A stretch of DNA of 64,000 nt. Source: an uncultured Candidatus Saccharibacteria bacterium (GTDB lineage Bacteria > Patescibacteriota > Minisyncoccia > Ryanbacterales > GWA2-47-10b). This document shows positions 59,108 through 64,000 of this stretch, one piece after another. A program made the position numbers and the translations under genes. The stretch covers positions 77,743 through 141,742 of the forward strand of contig CAYHJF010000001.1 in assembly GCA_964356915.1 (NCBI GenBank). The letters are read 5' to 3'. Every line of letters starts with the position of its first letter. The first letter of the stretch is position 1. The notes under the pieces were generated by a model that was not told where the DNA came from, searched no databases, and saw only the letters and a program-made list of their open reading frames with translations.

Positions 59108-59560
59108 TTAATCTCTGAGCATTTTGCTCATTGGTTGAATTTGAACCAAATCTTGGGTCCGAAGCGAACCATCTTTCCTATACGCTTGCTCTTCAAAAAA
59201 TCGTATGAGAGGAACGGGAACATCGGCCTTACTCTGAAGCTTTGCCCCATCAAAAGCATATCGATCAAATCTACTAACCAGCGCGGTGCCAATGCTCCGG
59301 CGTCGGTAGCTAGGATGAACGCATAGATGTTGGAGCAAGACAATACTATGCCCCAGCATACAAAGCCTTATTGTACCGACTGCTTCGTCAGTCCTCCCCT
59401 CTAAAAATGCTAAAAAATGCACAACTCCTCGGGCAAAATCATAGCCATCTTGACCATGCCCCGAGTATCCTACGAGCCGCCGCAGCACTAAAGCTTGTCG
59501 AACATGCTGTGTGAATTGAGCATCTTCAAGATCTGCTACGACAAGATTAATAGCGATCAT
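59108..59560 (-). CDS. GNAT family N-acetyltransferase
   Basis: Motif A LQHLCVHPSYRRRSIGTALV; start trimmed to MIAINL... Confidence 0.6.
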   Translation of the reverse strand: MIAINLVVADLEDAQFTQHVRQALVLRRLVGYSGHGQDGYDFARGVVHFLAFLEGRTDEAVGTIRLCMLGHSIVLLQHLCVHPSYRRRSIGTALVSRFDRYAFDGAKLQSKADVPVPLIRFFEEQAYRKDGSLRTQDLVQIQPMSKMLRD

Positions 59561-59865
59561 GTGTGCGCCTCGGAAACTCGGCGGCGCGTAAAGCGACGAA
59601 CTGGATACCGAGTACCACACTTAACACATTTAAGCTGATCACGCGGATTTTGCATTGGCTTCAGTGAGCCATCACACCTCTTACGAGAAGAAACCCGTCG
59701 ATCATAGAAAAGCAAATCGCCCTCAAGATCATTTACCGTATTCGCGGCGATACGTGGCCTTCGACGGATACCTCTAACATGACGGAATCCTCTCCCCACC
59801 GATCCTCCCGTGTAATGAAATCCAGAGCAAAAATTAGCACGTAAATATTTTTTTGTAAACGGCAC
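59557..59865 (-). CDS. hypothetical Arg-rich small protein with C-terminal CxxC
   Basis: 102-aa ORF between the GNAT gene and the terminator at 59869-59900; very basic; contains CVKCG; weak. Confidence 0.2.
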   Translation of the reverse strand: MPFTKKYLRANFCSGFHYTGGSVGRGFRHVRGIRRRPRIAANTVNDLEGDLLFYDRRVSSRKRCDGSLKPMQNPRDQLKCVKCGTRYPVRRFTRRRVSEAHT

Positions 59866-59901
59866 GCATAATAAAAAGCGGCGTGTAGCCGCTCTATTGT
59901 T

Positions 59902-60741
59902 TTATACACCGTGTGCCCATAGATATACTTGAGCTTTGCGAATAAGACCGCTAAGTCGCGCTTGATCGCTCTGCAAGATCGCGAATACAACCTCATCAAG
60001 CGACTGCCATGCTCTTGACCGTACGAGTTGGCCACTTGGATTTAAAAATTGAATGGCTGTCACTAACTCAGGATCATTGATGGCAAACCGCTCTGATGCT
60101 TGCAAGATATTAGTAAAAAGTGGAGTTGCAAATTCTCGACAACGCCCAAGATTGGCATCCAACTTCTCAAGCGTTAAAAGAAAAATAAGACTCGTGAGAT
60201 GTGGGAGCACTTGAACCAAAGACATCATCATGTCGTGCTCTTCTGTAGTAGTCTCGACGATCTCTACCTGAAGAGCTCCGAGAACTCTATCGACAAAATC
60301 GGTCCACTGGTCAAGCCGCGCCCGTACAACCGCGATACGCTCACCGCTCAACGTCAGTTGGCTTGGCGGCCGACACAGAGGATGTAATCCTACAACCTCT
60401 GCTTGTGACTCAAGCATATGAGTAACAACATCATGTTTGAGTGATGCAACATCAATCCATAGTTGGTTGGGTCGTGACAGTGGTACGAGTGCTTGGATCA
60501 CACTCGCAATCGACTGCAACGGCAACACAAAAACCACAACATCAGCGATACGCACGAGTTCTTCATTTGTCATCTCAGTATCAAGGTCTGATCCTAAAAT
60601 ACTCGTGCAAAGATTGCCCTGAGAAAATCGCTGACTCGCGAAAAATGAGCGCAACCACTGACCGTAATGACCTCTGCAACCAACAATACCTACCGTTATG
60701 CGTTGCATCCACTCCTCCGGCTCGGAATGTAGCACGGGCAA
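59902..60741 (-). CDS. prephenate/arogenate dehydrogenase-like (TyrA family)
   Basis: N-terminal Rossmann ITVGIVGCRGHYG, VVGLHPLCRP (compare GGHPMAG), EEHD...SLVQVLPHL (compare EEHD...AVSHLPH). Confidence 0.6.
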   Translation of the reverse strand: MPVLHSEPEEWMQRITVGIVGCRGHYGQWLRSFFASQRFSQGNLCTSILGSDLDTEMTNEELVRIADVVVFVLPLQSIASVIQALVPLSRPNQLWIDVASLKHDVVTHMLESQAEVVGLHPLCRPPSQLTLSGERIAVVRARLDQWTDFVDRVLGALQVEIVETTTEEHDMMMSLVQVLPHLTSLIFLLTLEKLDANLGRCREFATPLFTNILQASERFAINDPELVTAIQFLNPSGQLVRSRAWQSLDEVVFAILQSDQARLSGLIRKAQVYLWAHGV

Positions 60742-60747
60742 AATAAA

Positions 60748-60778
60748 AAAGCGAGACGCGCGTCTCGCTTTTTTATTT
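60748..60778. terminator. bidirectional intrinsic terminator
   Basis: aaaaaagcgagacgcgcgtctcgctttttt. Confidence 0.7.
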
Positions 60779-60786
60779 TGAATAAT

Positions 60787-62898
60787 TTATTTTTTACCAG
60801 CCACAATTTCAGCGGCAACATTCTTTGGAACTTCTTCGTATGCAAAGAATTCCATTGAATACGATCCTCGTCCTTCTGTCTTTGACCTAAGGTTTGTCAC
60901 GTATCCAAACATTTCGGAGAGCGGTACTTTCGCATCAATCACTTTCAAGTTAAAACGGTCCTCCATGTGTTCAATACGACCACGCTTTGAGTTAAGATCT
61001 CCCGTAATCTCACCCATGAAATCAGCAGGGACAATAACCTCAACTTTCATGATCGGTTCAAGAAGTACCGGATCCGCACGTCGCGCAGCCTCTTGAAACG
61101 CCATCGAGCCTGCGATCTTAAATGCTGCTTCCGATGAGTCAACATCATGGTATGAACCATCAAAAATCGCAACAAAGACATCAACAATTGGAAACCCCGC
61201 AATAACACCTCTATCAAGTGCCTCTCGAACACCTTTTTGTACGGCGGGAATAAACTCTTGAGGTACTAAACCTCCCTTAATTTCATTTTTAAATTCAAAG
61301 CCTGCGCCAGCCTCGCGAGGCTCAACACGGAGCCATACGTGCCCATACTGACCACGACCTCCTGACTGTTTAATATATTTTCCTTCTGCCTGCGCTGCTT
61401 TCTTAATTGTTTCTTTATACGCAACTTGTGGCTTCCCAACATTCGCCTCTACTTTAAATTCGCGCTTCATGCGATCAACAATAATTTCAAGATGCAACTC
61501 TCCCATACCCGAAATAATTGTCTCGAGCGTTTCTTGATTTGTAGAAATACGAAACGTTGGATCTTCTTCAGAAAGACGACGAAGTGCAATACCCATTCTT
61601 TCTTGATCTACTTTTGTTTTTGGTTCAATTTTGAGATCTACAACGGGTTCGGGGAATGTAATTTGTTCGAGAATAATTTTGTGATCAGGGTCACAGAGCG
61701 TATCACCGGTCGTCGTGCCTTTGAGACCGACAATTGCGGCAATCTCTCCGGCGTGCACCTCTTTTACTTCTTCGCGATGATTTGCGTGCATACGAAGAAT
61801 ACGGCCAACTCGTTCCTGCTGATCTTTGGTCGTATTATATATATATGATCCTGCGGTTAGCATACCCGAATATACACGAAAATATGTTAGCTGGCCGACA
61901 AAAGGATCGGTCTGGAGTTTAAATGCGAGCGCTGAAAAAGGAGCCTCATCATTTGTCTCACGTGTCGCTTCCGTATTGGTCTTCGGATCAATACCTACAA
62001 CTGGGGGAAGATCCTGTGGACTTGGTAAGTAGTCAATAACCGCATCAAGTACCAACTGAACTCCTTTATTCTTAAGAGCCGAACCACAAAATACTGGAAT
62101 GAGACGGTATGCAATACATGCTTTACGTAGTGCTTTTTTCAGCTCATCCACAGATATCTCTTTTCCTTCAAGATATCGCTCGGTCAACGAATCATCAGTC
62201 TCAACAATTCTTTCAATCAAATCATGGTGCGCCCTCTCTGCCTCAGCCTTCATATCTTCTGGGATGTCTCCTTCGATAATCTTTTCTCCATGCTCACCCT
62301 CTGATCGATATGCTTTCATCTTGAGTACATCAACGATACCGGCAAAGTCTCCCTCTAACCCGATTGGGAGTTGCATGGCAATCGCATTTGGAGAAAGGCG
62401 CTCAAGAATTGATTTGTAACTGCGATCAAAAGACGCGCCCATACGATCAAGTTTGTTGATAAAACAAATACGCGGCACTTCGTATTTATCCGCTTGTCGC
62501 CATACCGTCTCTGACTGCGGCTCCACGCCCGCGACTCCATCGAAAACAACAACTCCTCCATCAAGTACACGCAGCGAACGTTCTACTTCTACGGTAAAGT
62601 CTACGTGCCCCGGAGTATCAATGATATTAATACGATACTCGTTATCTTTATTTTGTTTTTCCTTTGGAAGATATGATGGCCTCCAAAAACATGTGGTTGC
62701 AGCTGATGTAATCGTAATACCGCGCTCACGTTCTTGCTCCATCCAGTCCATCGTCGCCTCACCTTCATGAACTTCGCCAATCTTATGCGAAACACCTGTA
62801 TAAAATAATACCCGTTCGGAGACGGTTGTTTTTCCAGCATCAATGTGCGCAATAATACCGATATCGCGCACGCGTTCCAAAGGATAATCTCGTGCCAT
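60787..62898 (-). CDS. fusA: elongation factor G
   Basis: [19 protein letters not shown] GTPase motifs; 703 aa. Confidence 0.95.
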   Translation of the reverse strand: MARDYPLERVRDIGIIAHIDAGKTTVSERVLFYTGVSHKIGEVHEGEATMDWMEQERERGITITSAATTCFWRPSYLPKEKQNKDNEYRINIIDTPGHVDFTVEVERSLRVLDGGVVVFDGVAGVEPQSETVWRQADKYEVPRICFINKLDRMGASFDRSYKSILERLSPNAIAMQLPIGLEGDFAGIVDVLKMKAYRSEGEHGEKIIEGDIPEDMKAEAERAHHDLIERIVETDDSLTERYLEGKEISVDELKKALRKACIAYRLIPVFCGSALKNKGVQLVLDAVIDYLPSPQDLPPVVGIDPKTNTEATRETNDEAPFSALAFKLQTDPFVGQLTYFRVYSGMLTAGSYIYNTTKDQQERVGRILRMHANHREEVKEVHAGEIAAIVGLKGTTTGDTLCDPDHKIILEQITFPEPVVDLKIEPKTKVDQERMGIALRRLSEEDPTFRISTNQETLETIISGMGELHLEIIVDRMKREFKVEANVGKPQVAYKETIKKAAQAEGKYIKQSGGRGQYGHVWLRVEPREAGAGFEFKNEIKGGLVPQEFIPAVQKGVREALDRGVIAGFPIVDVFVAIFDGSYHDVDSSEAAFKIAGSMAFQEAARRADPVLLEPIMKVEVIVPADFMGEITGDLNSKRGRIEHMEDRFNLKVIDAKVPLSEMFGYVTNLRSKTEGRGSYSMEFFAYEEVPKNVAAEIVAGKK

Positions 62899-62916
62899 AT
62901 ATAGTTTAGAAATTAA

Positions 62917-63387
62917 TTACCAAGAAAAATGTGCGAACGCTTTGTTTGCTTCTGCCATACGATGTGTATCAAGTTTCTTCTTGATTGCACTTCCTTCGTT
63001 CTTTGACGCGAGCATCAACTCTTCAGCAAGTTTTTGAGCCATCGGCTTTCCCTTCTTTGAGCGTGCTGCGTCTAAAAGCCATCTCATTGCGAGCGCAACG
63101 CGACGATTACCGCTCACTTCTCGTGGCACCTGATAGTTTGCACCTCCTACACGACGAGACTTTACCTCAACGAGCGGACCGATATTGATGATTGCTTCGT
63201 TCAGTAATTTTACTGGCTCAGCAACTTTGTGAGTAGTTTTTATAAATTCGATTGCATCGTAAACAACGCTGCGAGCAACGGACTTCTTGCCGCTCAACAT
63301 AACATTATTAATCAAGCGCTCAACCATAAAATCCCCAAACATTGGGTCAGCATTTAATGGTCGTTTTGTTGCTCGTTTACGTCGCAT
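62917..63387 (-). CDS. rpsG: ribosomal protein S7
   Basis: 156 aa; S7 family (KSVARSVVYDA...). Confidence 0.92.
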   Translation of the reverse strand: MRRKRATKRPLNADPMFGDFMVERLINNVMLSGKKSVARSVVYDAIEFIKTTHKVAEPVKLLNEAIINIGPLVEVKSRRVGGANYQVPREVSGNRRVALAMRWLLDAARSKKGKPMAQKLAEELMLASKNEGSAIKKKLDTHRMAEANKAFAHFSW

Positions 63388-63399
63388 ACTATATTAAAA

Positions 63400-63816
63400 T
63401 TATTTTGCTTTTGGGCGCTTTGCACCATACTTCGAACGACCCTGTCTGCGACTCTCGACGCCAGAGGCATCAAGTACGCCACGAACAATATGATAACGAA
63501 CACCTGGCAAGTCTTTAACACGACCACCGCGGATCATAACCACCGAATGCTCCTGAAGATTGTGACCGATACCAGGAATATATGCAGTAACTTCAGTTCC
63601 ATTAGTCAACCGAACGCGAGCTACTTTACGAATAGCGGAGTTTGGTTTTTTTGGAGTCTGGGTAGTTACCTTTACGCATACACCTCGCTTGAAAGGGGAA
63701 GCGTAATAAATCGGGCGGTTATGAATTGAATTAAAACCAACTTGAAGAGCCGGGGCTTTTGATTTCCTCGGGGCTGCTTTTCTTCCTTTTCGTACTAATT
63801 GCTGAATCGTTGGCAT
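63400..63816 (-). CDS. rpsL: ribosomal protein S12
   Basis: [13 protein letters not shown]...PKKPNSA...; start trimmed from the track ORF to the canonical MPTIQQL. Confidence 0.92.
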   Translation of the reverse strand: MPTIQQLVRKGRKAAPRKSKAPALQVGFNSIHNRPIYYASPFKRGVCVKVTTQTPKKPNSAIRKVARVRLTNGTEVTAYIPGIGHNLQEHSVVMIRGGRVKDLPGVRYHIVRGVLDASGVESRRQGRSKYGAKRPKAK

Positions 63817-64000
63817 AAAAACAAGTATATCCGAGAATACCAAAGGAAAGGTTGCTGGTCAAGAGGTTCAAGGCTGCAGCACGTCACCTCATATCAAAAA
63901 CAAATAAAAATACCTCTCGCGATTCACGAAAGGCATGATTAGAAAATTAACGCGCCGCCGTTACTGGCAGGCGCAGGGGACGCCCGCGGTGGACGCCTTG

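Noticed and set aside
58874-59326. 150-aa plus-strand ORF upstream of tuf
   Set aside because: The translation is Ser/Phe-rich and low-complexity. The ORF overlaps the tuf promoter region and the GNAT gene on the opposite strand, so a coding role is unlikely.
59733-60035. 100-aa minus-strand ORF between the GNAT and TyrA-like genes
   Set aside because: It spans the intrinsic terminator hairpin at 59869-59900 and has an implausible composition. It is probably spurious.
1-64000. Alternative genetic code (UGA recoding as in Gracilibacteria/SR1)
   Set aside because: All long conserved genes (aaRSs, EF-G, EF-Tu, SecY, r-proteins) are intact under the standard code with no in-frame TGA. The TGA at 26330 is better explained by a frameshift.
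1-64000. CRISPR arrays, rRNA genes, additional tRNA genes
   Set aside because: I found no regularly spaced direct repeats and no rRNA-like conserved blocks. The only GGTTCGATTCC T-loop motif belongs to the tmRNA, and its inverted fragment at ~21325 is too short to be a tRNA.

Overview
This ~64 kb window comes from a compact, mostly minus-strand bacterial chromosome with a host GC content of roughly 45%. Several features point to a CPR/Patescibacteria-like organism, but this is inference: there is no L30 between S5 and L15, S14 is the 61-aa type Z form, L3 is short, GlyRS is the eukaryote-type dimeric enzyme, and there are many TM-anchored surface proteins. The housekeeping content is dense. 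Five aminoacyl-tRNA synthetases (leuS, metG, glyS, ileS, argS) sit in the first 20 kb. They are followed by smpB with an adjacent tmRNA gene, then infC-rpmI-rplT, pgk-tpiA and ruvX-map-adk-secY. The S10/spc ribosomal cluster runs from rplO back to rpsJ, followed by tuf, fusA, rpsG and rpsL. Three things stand out. First, two synthetases carry foreign catalytic domains in-frame: LeuRS holds a canonical Nudix box (~2700-3140), and IleRS holds a histidine-phosphatase/PGAM-like domain with an RHG motif (~15240-15840). Second, the tmRNA gene is followed by a duplicated copy of its last 17 nt, stacked terminators, and a ~7 kb accessory region (21.3-28.2 kb) that encodes an OMP-like beta-barrel protein, an SGNH hydrolase and a beta-helix secreted protein. 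Third, that region contains two compositionally foreign GC-rich cassettes (25.58-26.03 kb and 26.79-27.56 kb), each with a near-consensus sigma70 promoter, a strong SD, one ORF and an intrinsic terminator, flanking a gene frameshifted at a (CT)n tract. Other oddities are a 500-bp terminator-bounded gap between rpsJ and rplC, a 2-kb insert (tyrA-like plus GNAT) between fusA and tuf, and a split ComEC. I found no CRISPR arrays or rRNA genes, and no tRNA genes other than the tmRNA.
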